DNA of 64,000 bases from NCBI GenBank assembly GCA_019116485.1, contig DXBO01000027.1:17373-81372 (forward strand), read 5' to 3'. The notes below the pieces were generated by a model. It was not told the origin of the DNA. It did no database searches and worked only from the letters and a program-made list of their open reading frames with translations. Numbering within the stretch: position 1 is the first letter of the stretch; every line of letters begins with the position of its first letter. Positions 51,079 through 61,136 of the stretch are shown piece by piece. This stretch comes from Candidatus Gemmiger excrementavium. Lineage in GTDB: Bacteria; Bacillota; Clostridia; Oscillospirales; Ruminococcaceae. A program made the position numbers and the translations under genes.

Positions 51079-52782
51079 TCATCGGCATTCGCTTTCTACA
51101 CAGGTTGTCAGGGTCACGGTGCCGGCGGGGATGGCATACCGCACGGCGGGGATCACAGTGTTGGGGGTGTACAGGCTGGTGTTGGGCCATGCATCGACGA
51201 TACAGCCGGTGCCCCCCTGCCCGGTGACGGTGCAGGAAAGGGCCGCGTTCTGTGCCCGGGCTGTCTCGCCGTCCGCGGCAGCGGCAAAGCCCGCACAGAA
51301 CTTGGGGACGGCAAAACCGCAGTCGTAGGCGGTGCAGGCGATGCTGCTCTGCACCGTATGGCGGCGGATATGGCCCTTGCCCTGGGGGATCAGTTCGGTG
51401 ACTACCGTGATGCCCGCAAAGGGGGACCATTTGCTGATGAGACGGTCACCCCACAGCTGGAAGCTTTCGCTGTGGCGGCGGATAAAGACATAGCCGTCGA
51501 TAACGAAAGCCAGCATGCTGTCCGGCGCAGCCTGTTCCAGCTGCACATTGCTGCGGGAGGCCGAAAAACCGAACCGGGTGTTGTAGACGAACTTGCCGTA
51601 TTTCTCGCTGAACTGGCCGTGTTCGCTGCATTCCACCTCAGCGGGGGCGTAGGCGTTGACCTGGCCGTCCGGCAGACGCTGGAACAACAGGTCGGCACTC
51701 TTCATGGCATAGAGAGCGGGCAGCGGGGGCAGCGGCGCCGCCGGGACGGACCAGAAGGGGTGGCCTTCCGGCAGGGCCAGCACCAGGAAGGTTTTCATGC
51801 CCCAGTAGGGGCTGCCGGGGGAGTTGTATTTTTCGCTCATGTAAAGCTGGGGATAGCAATACCCGATGGTGAGCACACCGTCCCGGTCAAAGATGGGGCG
51901 CTGGCACCACCATTGCAGGTTGCGCACGATGATGCCCTTCATCACGTCCAGGGGCAGCGGTTCCAGCCCGGCAAATACACAGGCCGAATAAAAAGCGCAC
52001 TGGCCGAACCGGTAACCCAGACTGCGGCCATAGGGCAGCGCGGCGCCGTTTTCGTCGAACCAGAAGGCAAACTCTTTGCCAAATTCCAGGGCACGTTTAC
52101 GGAATTTCTCCGCCCGGGCGGGGTCGCGCCCCGCGGCAAAAACGCTGTACAGCACCCCGTAGTACTGGATGGCCCAGGGGATGTAGTAATCCCGCTGGGG
52201 TTTGACGTCGGGTGTACCGTCGGTGTACCAGCCGCTGCCCACGTACCAGCTGTCCACCTCGTCCAGGTCGTGGTACATTCGCTCCAGGTCGCAGGGCATG
52301 CCCACGGCGTCCAGGCCCAGGTTGACCAGCACCCGGAAAAACAGCCAGTTGCAATGGGGCAGTTCGTGGTGGTTGATGGTATCCAGCCAGCGGGCCAGAT
52401 TTTTCTTCTGTTCCCCGGTCAAGGGGTCCCATACGATCTGGGGCACTTCCAGCAAGGCACAGCCAATGGCGGCCATCTCCACAAAGAGCTGGTCATAGTC
52501 CCCGGGGTCGCCCCAGTATTCGGGGTTTTGGGGATCGCTGCCGGCGGCCAGGCCCTTGCGGTAGATGGCGGCAAAGTCCTCGTCCACACCGCCGCCCATC
52601 CAGTAGGGGGCCAGCCCCCACAGCGGGCGGGAAAATCCTTCCATACCGATGGTGCGGGGCGGGTAGCTTACGCCGGTATCCCCCAGCTGCAGCAGCGCCT
52701 TTTGCGGGGAATAGAGCGGCTTGAGGGGGTCCAGCATGCGCCGCAGCAAAGCGGCAAAATCCTGACGGGTCTGCAGTTCCAT
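51079..52782 (-). CDS. DUF2264-domain protein
   Basis: About 567 aa. N-terminal LRRMLDPLKPLYSP...GFSRPLWGLAP is typical of DUF2264. ATG 52782 lies 6 nt after AAGGGGTG. Confidence 0.7.
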   Translation of the reverse strand: MELQTRQDFAALLRRMLDPLKPLYSPQKALLQLGDTGVSYPPRTIGMEGFSRPLWGLAPYWMGGGVDEDFAAIYRKGLAAGSDPQNPEYWGDPGDYDQLFVEMAAIGCALLEVPQIVWDPLTGEQKKNLARWLDTINHHELPHCNWLFFRVLVNLGLDAVGMPCDLERMYHDLDEVDSWYVGSGWYTDGTPDVKPQRDYYIPWAIQYYGVLYSVFAAGRDPARAEKFRKRALEFGKEFAFWFDENGAALPYGRSLGYRFGQCAFYSACVFAGLEPLPLDVMKGIIVRNLQWWCQRPIFDRDGVLTIGYCYPQLYMSEKYNSPGSPYWGMKTFLVLALPEGHPFWSVPAAPLPPLPALYAMKSADLLFQRLPDGQVNAYAPAEVECSEHGQFSEKYGKFVYNTRFGFSASRSNVQLEQAAPDSMLAFVIDGYVFIRRHSESFQLWGDRLISKWSPFAGITVVTELIPQGKGHIRRHTVQSSIACTAYDCGFAVPKFCAGFAAAADGETARAQNAALSCTVTGQGGTGCIVDAWPNTSLYTPNTVIPAVRYAIPAGTVTLTTCVESECR

Positions 52783-52787
52783 GGCGC

Positions 52788-54584
52788 TCACCCCTTATAG
52801 CCGAAGTTGGGGATGGCCAGCCAGCGGCGGCGCAGCAGGTGGGCCGCCAGTTTGGGGCGGCGGTCCCGGGTGAAGATGCCTTTGCGGTTGCCGCCCACCC
52901 GCATGGGGCCCTGGATGGTGGCAAAGTCCGCAAAATTCCAAAGCAGTTCGCCCACAAAGAAATCCCGTTTGTCGATCTCAGCGTTGATGCGGTCAAAGTA
53001 CTCGGCCTGGTATTCCTCACTGAACATACCGGCCCGGGTGTCGTGCAGGCCTTCCACGGTGTCGGCGCCGTACTCAGTGAACATGACCGGCTTGCCCTGC
53101 CCGGCCCAGAAGTCCAGTTCCTCGTTCCAGGCGGCGCAGGCGGCGTCCAGGTCGCCGGACAGGTTGTACCAGCCGTAGTAGCGGTTCAGGCAGACCACGT
53201 CCATGGTGCGGGTGGTGATATCCTTGGTGTAATCGTTCTGGCAGCAGACCAGGGTAACGGGCCGGTCCTGAGGGTCCAGTGCGTGGGCCAGATCATACAG
53301 GGGTCTCCAATAATCATACGCCGATTTCGGGAAATGTTCAAGGTCCGGTTCGTTGCCCAGGCTCCACAAAATCACGCAGGGGTGGTTTTTGTCCCGGTCA
53401 ATCATATCCCGGATCACATCCCGGTGATGCTCGGCAATGGGAAAGGTCTGGTAGGGGTCCTGGGCCGCCCCGGCGCCGATGCCCACGGCGGGGGTCTCGT
53501 CGATGACCAGAATGCCCTCCCGGTCACAGAGATCGTAAAATTCCTCGCTGTAGGGGTAGTGACTGGTGCGCACGGCGTTGGCGCCGATCCAGTGCAGCAG
53601 ATTCACGTCCTTGACGTTGAGGCACTCGTCCAGGCCGCGGCCATGGAAAGCCTCATCCTCGTGCTTGCCGAAGCCCTTGAAATAAAGGGGCTGGCCGTTG
53701 AGCAGCACTTTGACCCCTTCCACCCGGATTTCCCGGAAGCCGAAGGTCTCGTCGTAACAGTCGGTGCCGAAAGTGACCCGGGCGGTGTACAGGGCAGGTT
53801 TGCCGGGCCAGGGTTCCCACAACTGCGGGTTTTCCACCGTCAGGGTGCCGGTGCTTCCGGTGGCCGTGGCCACGGCATTGCCCTTTTCGTCCAGGATGGT
53901 GACGCAGACGGTCCCCTCCCCTTCTGTCTCGACACGGTAGTCCACCCGGCCGTCGTTATGGGGCACCAGCGTGATATCCCGGATACAGGCCGCCGGGGTG
54001 GTGTACAGCCACACCGGGCGGTGGATGCCCGCAAAATTGAAGAAGTCGAAGTTGGGGCGGTTCTGGGGTGCGGCGTTGGCCTTGGCATGTTCCACCGAGG
54101 GGATGCCTGCGTTGTCGGAGCCGAAGAAAGCGATCTGCCCCGGCTCGTTGCCCACGGGCAGGGTGGAATGGTCCACCCGGTTGTCGCAGGCCACAGTCAG
54201 GCGGGCCGGTATGCCGGGCTGCAGTTTGCCGGTGACATCGGCCTCAAAGGGCAGGAAGCCGCCCTTGTGCCGGGCAATGAGTTCCCCGTCCAGCCAGACC
54301 ATGGCCTGGTGGGTGACGGCCCCGAAGCGCAGCATCACCCGCTGCCCGGCGCACAGCCCGGGCAGCGTAACGGTTGTCTGGTAAAAAGCCCAGCCGTAGT
54401 GGTCCCGCAGGGCTTTGTCCTCCCCCTGGTCATTGTAGCTGGCGGGCACCGCCATGGGGCGGGCACCGGGCAGCGGCGCGGCGGGGTCGATGTCGGCGGC
54501 GGAAAGGTCATGGCTGAGGCAGAAATCCCACAGCCCGCTGAGATTCACCCGCAGGCGGGCGGCGTTTTGTTGCGGATACAGCAT
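52788..54584 (-). CDS. uidA: Beta-glucuronidase, GH2
   Basis: 598 aa. NLSGLWDF, VPASYNDQ, HPCVILWSLGNEP and FTEYGADT are GUS-type motifs. Confidence 0.85.
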   Translation of the reverse strand: MLYPQQNAARLRVNLSGLWDFCLSHDLSAADIDPAAPLPGARPMAVPASYNDQGEDKALRDHYGWAFYQTTVTLPGLCAGQRVMLRFGAVTHQAMVWLDGELIARHKGGFLPFEADVTGKLQPGIPARLTVACDNRVDHSTLPVGNEPGQIAFFGSDNAGIPSVEHAKANAAPQNRPNFDFFNFAGIHRPVWLYTTPAACIRDITLVPHNDGRVDYRVETEGEGTVCVTILDEKGNAVATATGSTGTLTVENPQLWEPWPGKPALYTARVTFGTDCYDETFGFREIRVEGVKVLLNGQPLYFKGFGKHEDEAFHGRGLDECLNVKDVNLLHWIGANAVRTSHYPYSEEFYDLCDREGILVIDETPAVGIGAGAAQDPYQTFPIAEHHRDVIRDMIDRDKNHPCVILWSLGNEPDLEHFPKSAYDYWRPLYDLAHALDPQDRPVTLVCCQNDYTKDITTRTMDVVCLNRYYGWYNLSGDLDAACAAWNEELDFWAGQGKPVMFTEYGADTVEGLHDTRAGMFSEEYQAEYFDRINAEIDKRDFFVGELLWNFADFATIQGPMRVGGNRKGIFTRDRRPKLAAHLLRRRWLAIPNFGYKG

Positions 54585-54618
54585 ATGTTTTCACCTGCTA
54601 TTTCGTTGTAATCGGTAT

Positions 54619-55779
54619 TTACCAGTACAGCTGCCAGTCCTTGGTCAGGCGGGTCAGCGCTTCCATATAGAAGTAGTCGCCCCAGCTGGTGCATTCATCC
54701 ACACCCTCAGGGGTGCAGGTATTGTAGGGGCTCTTTTTGCTGTAGGTGCCGTGGGCCAGCAGGCCCGCGCCGGGCCGCTGCACTTTCACGGCATAGCGGG
54801 CATCCAGGCTGGCCAGCATCTGCCGGGCCAGGGTGACGCACTGCCCGGCCTCGGCAGGCTCAAGATATTTGGCGGCTTCCAGCAGGCCGCAGGCTACGAT
54901 AGCCGCCGAGGAGGAGTCCCGGGGTTCCTCGGTGCCGGTGGTGAAGATCATGTCCCAGTAGGGGATCAGATCGTCGGGCAGACGGGTCAGATAGAAGTCC
55001 AGCGCCTTGCGGAAGGTGTCCAGATAGGCGGGGTTCTTTGTATAACGGTAGCTCAGCACGCTGCCGTAGACGCCCCAGGCCTGGCCCCGGGCCCAGAAGC
55101 TGTCATCCTTGTACCCCTGGCAGGTGGCGCCGTGGCTGGGGGTGCCGTCGGGGTTCATGAAAAAGGTGTGGTAGGTGGAGCCATCCGCCCGGAAGGAGTT
55201 GGCCAGGCAGGTGGTGATGTGCCGGTGGGCGATGTCGGCATATTTGCCGTCGCCGGTGACCTCCGCCGCCCAGTACAGCAGCGGCAGGTTCAGCAGGCAG
55301 TCGATGATGTAGCGGTAGTTTTCCGGCGCGCCCATGGCGCCCCAGGCCTGGATGAACTGGCCTTTCTCCTGAAAACGGGCCATCAGCTGGTCGGCGGCCT
55401 TGACGGCGGCCCGTTTGCCCACCTCGCTGCCGGTCAGCTTGTAGGCCGCCACGCAGGAGGGGCTGTACAGAAAGCCCATGTCGTGGTGGTCCACCTCGAT
55501 CTTGTGGTCAATGCGGTAGGCAAAGCTTTCCACCAAGGTTTCGGCGGTCTTGCGGAAGGCTTCGTCCCCGGTGCGCTCATAGGCCAGCCAGACTTCCCCG
55601 GGCCAGAAGCCGCAGGTCCACTGGTTGTTGTCGCAGGCAGGGTAGAGACCGTTCACGCTGGAATGGTTCTGGCAGCGGTGGGTGTACAACGGCAGGTTCA
55701 GGCGTACCTGGGCCACGGCACGGTCCAGCGCGGCGGCGGCCTGGGCATCGGTCATGGCGGGAAGCGGATAGGTTTTCAT
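54619..55779 (-). CDS. GH88 unsaturated glucuronyl hydrolase
   Basis: From MKTYPLPAMTD (ATG 55779, GAGGTG RBS). WTCGFWPG, DHHDMGF and ARGQAW motifs of GH88. Confidence 0.85.
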   Translation of the reverse strand: MKTYPLPAMTDAQAAAALDRAVAQVRLNLPLYTHRCQNHSSVNGLYPACDNNQWTCGFWPGEVWLAYERTGDEAFRKTAETLVESFAYRIDHKIEVDHHDMGFLYSPSCVAAYKLTGSEVGKRAAVKAADQLMARFQEKGQFIQAWGAMGAPENYRYIIDCLLNLPLLYWAAEVTGDGKYADIAHRHITTCLANSFRADGSTYHTFFMNPDGTPSHGATCQGYKDDSFWARGQAWGVYGSVLSYRYTKNPAYLDTFRKALDFYLTRLPDDLIPYWDMIFTTGTEEPRDSSSAAIVACGLLEAAKYLEPAEAGQCVTLARQMLASLDARYAVKVQRPGAGLLAHGTYSKKSPYNTCTPEGVDECTSWGDYFYMEALTRLTKDWQLYW

Positions 55780-55801
55780 ACAAAACACCTCATCAAAGCA
55801 A

Positions 55802-55832
55802 AAGGGGCACGGGCCCATATGCCGTGCCCCTT
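55802..55832 (-). terminator. Intra-operon hairpin (attenuating terminator or processing site) between the permease and GH88 genes
   Basis: Minus strand: AAGGGGCACGG-CATATGGGC-CCGTGCCCCTT followed by TTGCTTTG (weak U-tract). Confidence 0.45.
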
Positions 55833-55843
55833 GGGGGTAAGGA

Positions 55844-56704
55844 TCAGCCTTTCAGGCCCGCGGACGCAACGCCCTGCACAAAGTATTTCTGCAGGGAGAG
55901 GAATACGATCAGCACGGGGATCAGGGCGATGACCGAGGCGGCCATAATCAGGCCGTACTCGGCGGAATACTGGCTGATGAACATGCGCAGACCGATCTGG
56001 ATGGTCTTGAGTTCAGTCTTGGTCAGGTAGATCAGGGGTCCCAGGAAGTCGTTCCAGGTGGAGACGAAGGTGAAGATGGTCAGGGTGGACAGCGCCGGCT
56101 TGGACAACGGCAGCATGACCCGCCACCAGATGCCATACTCCGAAAGGCCGTCGATACGGGCGGCTTCACACAGTTCGGTGGGGACGCCCTCATAGAACTG
56201 CTTCATCAGGAACACGCCGAAGGCGGAGAACGCCTGCAGGCAAATGATGGCCAGGTGGGTGTTGTTGAGACCCCAGGAGCGCATCATCATGAACTGGGGC
56301 ACCATGTAAGCCTGCCAGGGCACCGCGATGGTGGCGATGTAGCCCAGGAACAAAGCCTTTTTGCCCCGGAAGTTCAGCTTGGCAAAGGCATAGGCCGCAA
56401 AACTGGAGGTGAACAGCTGCAGCAGCGTGACGATGATGGTCAGCTTGGCGGTGTTCAGGATAAAGGTCAGCAGGGGGATCTTGGTCCAGATGTCCACATA
56501 GTTGCGGGGGCGCGGATTGGAGGGGATCCACTCGATGGGGAACGCGAACACGTCCTTGTTCATTTTGAAAGACGCCGAAAGCATCCACAGGAAGGGAACG
56601 AGCATCAGCGCCGCTACCACCACCAGCAGGATGTAGACCAACACCATGAGAGTGCGGTGCTGGGCCTTGGCGGAATGAGATTTGACTGCCATAGTTTCTG
56701 CCAT
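55844..56704 (-). CDS. Carbohydrate ABC transporter permease
   Basis: 286 aa. EAA loop CEAARIDGLSE. AAAGGAGGAA RBS. Confidence 0.9.
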   Translation of the reverse strand: MAETMAVKSHSAKAQHRTLMVLVYILLVVVAALMLVPFLWMLSASFKMNKDVFAFPIEWIPSNPRPRNYVDIWTKIPLLTFILNTAKLTIIVTLLQLFTSSFAAYAFAKLNFRGKKALFLGYIATIAVPWQAYMVPQFMMMRSWGLNNTHLAIICLQAFSAFGVFLMKQFYEGVPTELCEAARIDGLSEYGIWWRVMLPLSKPALSTLTIFTFVSTWNDFLGPLIYLTKTELKTIQIGLRMFISQYSAEYGLIMAASVIALIPVLIVFLSLQKYFVQGVASAGLKG

Positions 56705-56722
56705 GTTGGGTTCCTCCTTTCC

Positions 56723-57640
56723 TTATTCGTTGGCGGCAGAGCCGCGGAACTGCACGATGGTGACGATGAGCACCAGCACAAAAAGTACCATGGAGATGGC
56801 GCTGGCGTAACCATAGCGCGGGGTGTTGACAAAGGCCACGTTGTAGATATCGTAGACCAGCGTCATGGTGGCATTGCCGGGACCGCCCTGGGTAATCATG
56901 TACATCTGGTCATACACCTTGAAGGAGGAGATGGTCAGCATGATGATGACAAAGAAGGTGGTGGGACGCAGCTGAGGCAGCACCACATGCCAGAAAATCT
57001 GCCACTTGTTGGCGCCGTCCAGTTCGGCAGCCTCGTTCAGTTCCAGGTTGGTGCCCTGCAGGCCGGCCAGGTAGATGACCATGTAGTAGCCCATGTTCTT
57101 CCACACGCTGAACAGAATGACGGTCAGCATGGCGGTCTCTTTGCCGGCGGCCCAGCGGGGCAGGTTTTCCACCCCCAGAGAAGCCAGAAGCTGGTTGACG
57201 GGACCCATGGAAGGGCTGAAGATCATGTTCCACACAGCGGCCACCGCCACCAGCGAGGCCACATAGGGGAAGAAGGAAACGGTGCGGAAAAAGTTGCGGC
57301 ATTTGACTTTCTGGTTCAGCAGCACGGCCAGGCCCAGGCTGCAGACCAGGGTCAGAGGCACAGTGCCCACAGTGTAGACGATGGTGTTGACGAAAGACGC
57401 CTTGAAAGTGTTATCGTCCAGCAGATCGATAAAGTTCTGCAGGCCGATGAATTCCACGGCGTGCACGCCGTCCCAGTCGCAGAAGGCCAGGCCGATGGCG
57501 AACACCATCGGGATCAGGGTAAAGATGCAGAAGCCGATGAAGTTGGGCGCGATGAAGCTGTACGCCACAAGGCTGTCGCGCAGGCCCTTGCTCATTCCCT
57601 TCTTCTGCACCGCCGGTGCGGTTTGGGCGGTTTCAGGCAT
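56723..57640 (-). CDS. Carbohydrate ABC transporter permease
   Basis: 305 aa. EAA loop NEAAELDGAN. GAGGAGGAA RBS. Confidence 0.9.
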   Translation of the reverse strand: MPETAQTAPAVQKKGMSKGLRDSLVAYSFIAPNFIGFCIFTLIPMVFAIGLAFCDWDGVHAVEFIGLQNFIDLLDDNTFKASFVNTIVYTVGTVPLTLVCSLGLAVLLNQKVKCRNFFRTVSFFPYVASLVAVAAVWNMIFSPSMGPVNQLLASLGVENLPRWAAGKETAMLTVILFSVWKNMGYYMVIYLAGLQGTNLELNEAAELDGANKWQIFWHVVLPQLRPTTFFVIIMLTISSFKVYDQMYMITQGGPGNATMTLVYDIYNVAFVNTPRYGYASAISMVLFVLVLIVTIVQFRGSAANE

Positions 57641-57671
57641 AACAATTCCTCCTCATGCTCGGAATGGCCGT

Positions 57672-57707
57672 AAAAAAATCGGGGCGGGCGCGCTCGCCCG
57701 CCCCGAT
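57672..57707 (-). terminator. Hairpin with U-tract immediately after the SBP gene (partial terminator)
   Basis: Minus strand: ATCGGGGCGGGCG-AGCG-CGCCCGCCCCGAT followed by TTTTTTTAC. Confidence 0.7.
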
Positions 57708-57742
57708 GGTTGCGGTAGGTTGGTTACGGTCAGAACAGCGGA

Positions 57743-59065
57743 TCAGCCGGCCAGCAGAGCGGAGACCTGCTCGTTCATGTTGGCGATGCCCTCATCCACG
57801 CTCTCGGCGCCGGTCATGATGGCGTCGTGCTCCTGGTTCAGGATGGTCTCGATCTCAGAAGCCTTGTCGGACAGAGGCATTTCCAGATAGACGGCGGTGG
57901 TGTTCAGCGCCTCGACAGAAGCCTCGTCAGTGGGGAAGCCTTCGGTGGCGGCGATGATGCTGTTGATCTCGCTGTTGGAAACAGCCGGGAAGGTGCCGGT
58001 GGCGGCGATGGCGGCAGCGCCCTCGTCAGAGACACACCAGTTGATGAAGTCGGCGGCGGCCTCCTGCTTCTCGGAGTAGGGGTTGATGCCCAGGCTGGTC
58101 ACAGTGCCCAGGGTGGTGCCGGCCTCGACGCCATCGGGATGGGGGTACTTGACCATGCCGAAGTTGACAGGCTCCACGCCGTTGGCCTCAGCCTCGGCGT
58201 TGTAGGTCTGCAGGGTGGCGATGAACCAGCTGCCCATGTTGCACATGGCGGCCTGGCCGTTTTCGAAGGCGGCGGAGTAGTGCAGGCCGCTGGTCTTCAG
58301 CTCACCGTAGTCGGGCACGACCTTGTCGGTCTGCTCGGCCAGGATGGTGTCGTAGTAGGGCTTCAGGAAGTCATAGCTGCCATCAATGATGGTGTTCTGG
58401 CCGTCCAGGATGCCGAACAGGGTGACGGTGGAGCGCCAGGTGTGGTAGAAGTTGCCGTAAGCGCCGGTCTTTTCAGACACTTCGCGGATCAGGGCGTCGA
58501 ACTCGTCGAAGGTCATATCGTTGGAGGGGTACGCAATGCCGGCCTCGTCGAACATGTCCTTGTTGTAGAACAGAACCCAGAAGTCGGAGCGGAAAGGCAC
58601 GGCGTAGAAGTTGCCGTCAGAAGCAGTCAGCTGCTCGATCACGCCGCCGAAGTCCGCGGTGTCACGGGTCAGGATGTCGTTCATGGGAACGAGCATTTCC
58701 AGGTTAATCAGGTTGGAGTAGCCGGGGATGTCCTTGATGGTCAGGATGTCCAGCTCGCCATTGCCGCCGGCCAGCTGGGTGGCCAGCTGGGTCATGTAAT
58801 CGGTGGAACCCAGGTCGGTCATCTCAATGGTGACGTTGGGGTTGGCGGCCATGTAGCCGTCGGCCATTGCTTTCCAGTAAGCGGTGGACTCCAGATCCCA
58901 CACCGCCCAGTTCAGGGTGACCTGCTCGCCGTCGGCAGCGGTCTCGGTGGTGGTGCTGGCATCCGCAGGGGCGGAATCCTCAGCGGCGGAGCTGGTGCTG
59001 CCGCCGCAAGCGGCCAGAGACAGCGCCATCGCACCGGCCATGGTCAGGGCCAAGAGCTTCTTCAT
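57743..59065 (-). CDS. ABC transporter substrate-binding lipoprotein
   Basis: 440 aa. MKKLLALTMAGAMALSLAACGG lipobox. AAGGAGGAAAAA RBS. Confidence 0.88.
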   Translation of the reverse strand: MKKLLALTMAGAMALSLAACGGSTSSAAEDSAPADASTTTETAADGEQVTLNWAVWDLESTAYWKAMADGYMAANPNVTIEMTDLGSTDYMTQLATQLAGGNGELDILTIKDIPGYSNLINLEMLVPMNDILTRDTADFGGVIEQLTASDGNFYAVPFRSDFWVLFYNKDMFDEAGIAYPSNDMTFDEFDALIREVSEKTGAYGNFYHTWRSTVTLFGILDGQNTIIDGSYDFLKPYYDTILAEQTDKVVPDYGELKTSGLHYSAAFENGQAAMCNMGSWFIATLQTYNAEAEANGVEPVNFGMVKYPHPDGVEAGTTLGTVTSLGINPYSEKQEAAADFINWCVSDEGAAAIAATGTFPAVSNSEINSIIAATEGFPTDEASVEALNTTAVYLEMPLSDKASEIETILNQEHDAIMTGAESVDEGIANMNEQVSALLAG

Positions 59066-59167
59066 ATGTCTTTTTCCTCCTTATTTTTGGGCGCGCCGTC
59101 AGGGACGCGGCCCTTGGTGATTTTCATTATACTGTGTCGGGGCCAAAAAACAGATGGAATTTTTGCG

Positions 59168-59247
59168 GAAACTTCTGCAAATTTATCAGCCTTTGACTCG
59201 TTCCTGTGGCATTAAACCTGTAATTTTTTATGAAACCTGCAATTTTT
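59168..59247. promoter_or_regulatory. Three direct repeats AAAC(C/T)T..TG(T/C)AA(A)TTTTT in the divergent SBP/kinase control region
   Basis: GAAACTTCTGCAAATTTA (59168-59185), AAACCTGTAATTTTT (59214-59228), AAACCTGCAATTTTT (59233-59247). The last two match 14/15 and start 19 bp apart. Confidence 0.4.
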
Positions 59248-59268
59248 CAAGCCTCTTGCCAGATCCCT

Positions 59269-59297
59269 TTGCTTTGCACTTCCATTTTTTGTATAAT
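59269..59297 (+). promoter_or_regulatory. SigA-type promoter of the two-component genes
   Basis: TTGCTT(59269-59274)-17 nt-TATAAT(59292-59297). Confidence 0.5.
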
Positions 59298-59342
59298 AAA
59301 TACATCTTTCGTCTGTTGTCAAACCAGAAAAGGGGGTCGGCC

Positions 59343-61136
59343 ATGTCGCGTCGCTGCGCTTCGATCCGGGCGCGGGTCATTCTTCTATCGCTGGCGTTTA
59401 CAGCGCTTATCGCCCTGAGCGTCTGCGTAGGCAGCCTGATCGCCCTGTACAACAGCACCACCCGGGCCACCGCCCAGACGGTGGAATACAACCTGCAGAT
59501 CGCCGCCAACACCCTGTACCAGGGCGTGGAAGAGATCGACACCCTGGCCGACTGGTGCACCGTAGACAACACGGTGCGCGGTTTTGTGCTGTCCACTTAT
59601 CCCCAGCGCCAGCTGCTGGATGTATACAACCTGATTTTGAATAAGTATTCTTCCCAGCATACGGCGCGGTATCTGCGCCGTTTCCTGGTCACCGACGGCA
59701 GCACCCGCATCATGCAGCAGGGCACCGCCACCGCCCAGAGTCTGGCCCTGACCGCCGAAACGCTGCCCCTGCTGCCCTGCTATGACGGGCTGAAAAGTGA
59801 TTCCTGGACCACGCTGGCTACCGACCCCCTGATTACCGCCGGTTCGCGGGAGATCATCCCCGTGATCCGCACCCTGTCCAGTTCCTCCACCGGTGCCGGG
59901 GGACGGGTCTACATCGGGGTTTCCAGCGCTTTCATCACCGATACGGTGGCCGATTACATGCTGCTGGATGGCTGCCAGCTGTTCTGGATCATGGGCGGGC
60001 AGGTCTACGCCGTGGAAAACGGCAGCCTTTCCCCGCTGGAGACTGTGCAGGACGCCCTGGGCGAAGGCGACGCCCCCCGGAGTTTTGAACTGCTGGACCA
60101 GCGCACCCGGGTATACAGCTACGCGGACCAGACCGTACTGGCCTACCCGGTGGGCAGCCACGACCTGTACATTGCCCAGACACTGCCCCGCACCGTTATT
60201 ATGAGCCAATTGCCCAACATGCTGGTGCCCCTGCTGGGGGCGCTGGTGGCCATTCTGCTGTTGGGCCTTATCCTGGGCATTCTGCTGCGGCAGATGATCT
60301 CCACCCCGGTGCTGGCCCTGCAGGCCCAGCTGCGGCGTATTGGCGAAGGAGACTTTGCCCCCAACCCGGCCATTGAGTGGAACAATGAAATGGGCGACAT
60401 CGGCCGGGGTATCAACGGGCTGTCCCGCTCCATCACGGCGCTGATGGAACGCCGCCTGGAGGACGAGCGCCAGAAAAAAGACCTGGAATACCGCATGCTG
60501 CAAAACCAGATCAACCCCCACTTTATTTACAACACGCTGAACAGCATCAAATGGATGGCCACCATCCAGCACGCGCCCGGCATTGCCGAGATGACCATGG
60601 CCCTGTCCCGGCTGCTCAAGAGTGTGTCCAAGGGCAACGAGCGCCTGGTCCCCCTGCAGGAGGAGTTTGCCCTGCTCAACGACTATTTCACCATTCAGCA
60701 GTACCGCTACGGCGGCACCATCACGCTGGACGTGACCTACATCGAAGACGAGCGCCTGTGCCGGGACTGCATGATCCCCCGTTTCACCCTGCAGCCCCTG
60801 GTGGAAAACGCCATTTTCCACGGCATCGAACCCAAGGGCTGCGCGGGCAGCATCGCCCTGACGGTGGCCCACGACCCCGCCAACCGGGATGTGCTGATCT
60901 CACTGACAGACGACGGCGTAGGTATGACGGCGGAACAGGCCGCCAGGGCCCTGACCGAACCCGGCCCCGAAGAAGCCGCCGCCAAGTTCCGCCATGTGGG
61001 TATGTGGAACGTCCACCGCCGCCTGCAGTACAGCTTTGGCGAGGGGTACGGCCTGGCCATCCAGTCCCAGCCAGGCCAGGGCACCACCGTCACCGTACGG
61101 CTGCCCGGCGCCCCCACCGGAAAGGAGCCCCTATGA
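59343..61136 (+). CDS. Sensor histidine kinase, YesM-like (2 TM helices, HAMP, His_kinase, HATPase)
   Basis: From MSRRCASIRARVILLSLAF (ATG 59343, AAAAGGGGG RBS). QINPHFIYNTLNSI H-box and LVENAIFHG N-box. Confidence 0.88.
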   Translation: MSRRCASIRARVILLSLAFTALIALSVCVGSLIALYNSTTRATAQTVEYNLQIAANTLYQGVEEIDTLADWCTVDNTVRGFVLSTYPQRQLLDVYNLILNKYSSQHTARYLRRFLVTDGSTRIMQQGTATAQSLALTAETLPLLPCYDGLKSDSWTTLATDPLITAGSREIIPVIRTLSSSSTGAGGRVYIGVSSAFITDTVADYMLLDGCQLFWIMGGQVYAVENGSLSPLETVQDALGEGDAPRSFELLDQRTRVYSYADQTVLAYPVGSHDLYIAQTLPRTVIMSQLPNMLVPLLGALVAILLLGLILGILLRQMISTPVLALQAQLRRIGEGDFAPNPAIEWNNEMGDIGRGINGLSRSITALMERRLEDERQKKDLEYRMLQNQINPHFIYNTLNSIKWMATIQHAPGIAEMTMALSRLLKSVSKGNERLVPLQEEFALLNDYFTIQQYRYGGTITLDVTYIEDERLCRDCMIPRFTLQPLVENAIFHGIEPKGCAGSIALTVAHDPANRDVLISLTDDGVGMTAEQAARALTEPGPEEAAAKFRHVGMWNVHRRLQYSFGEGYGLAIQSQPGQGTTVTVRLPGAPTGKEPL

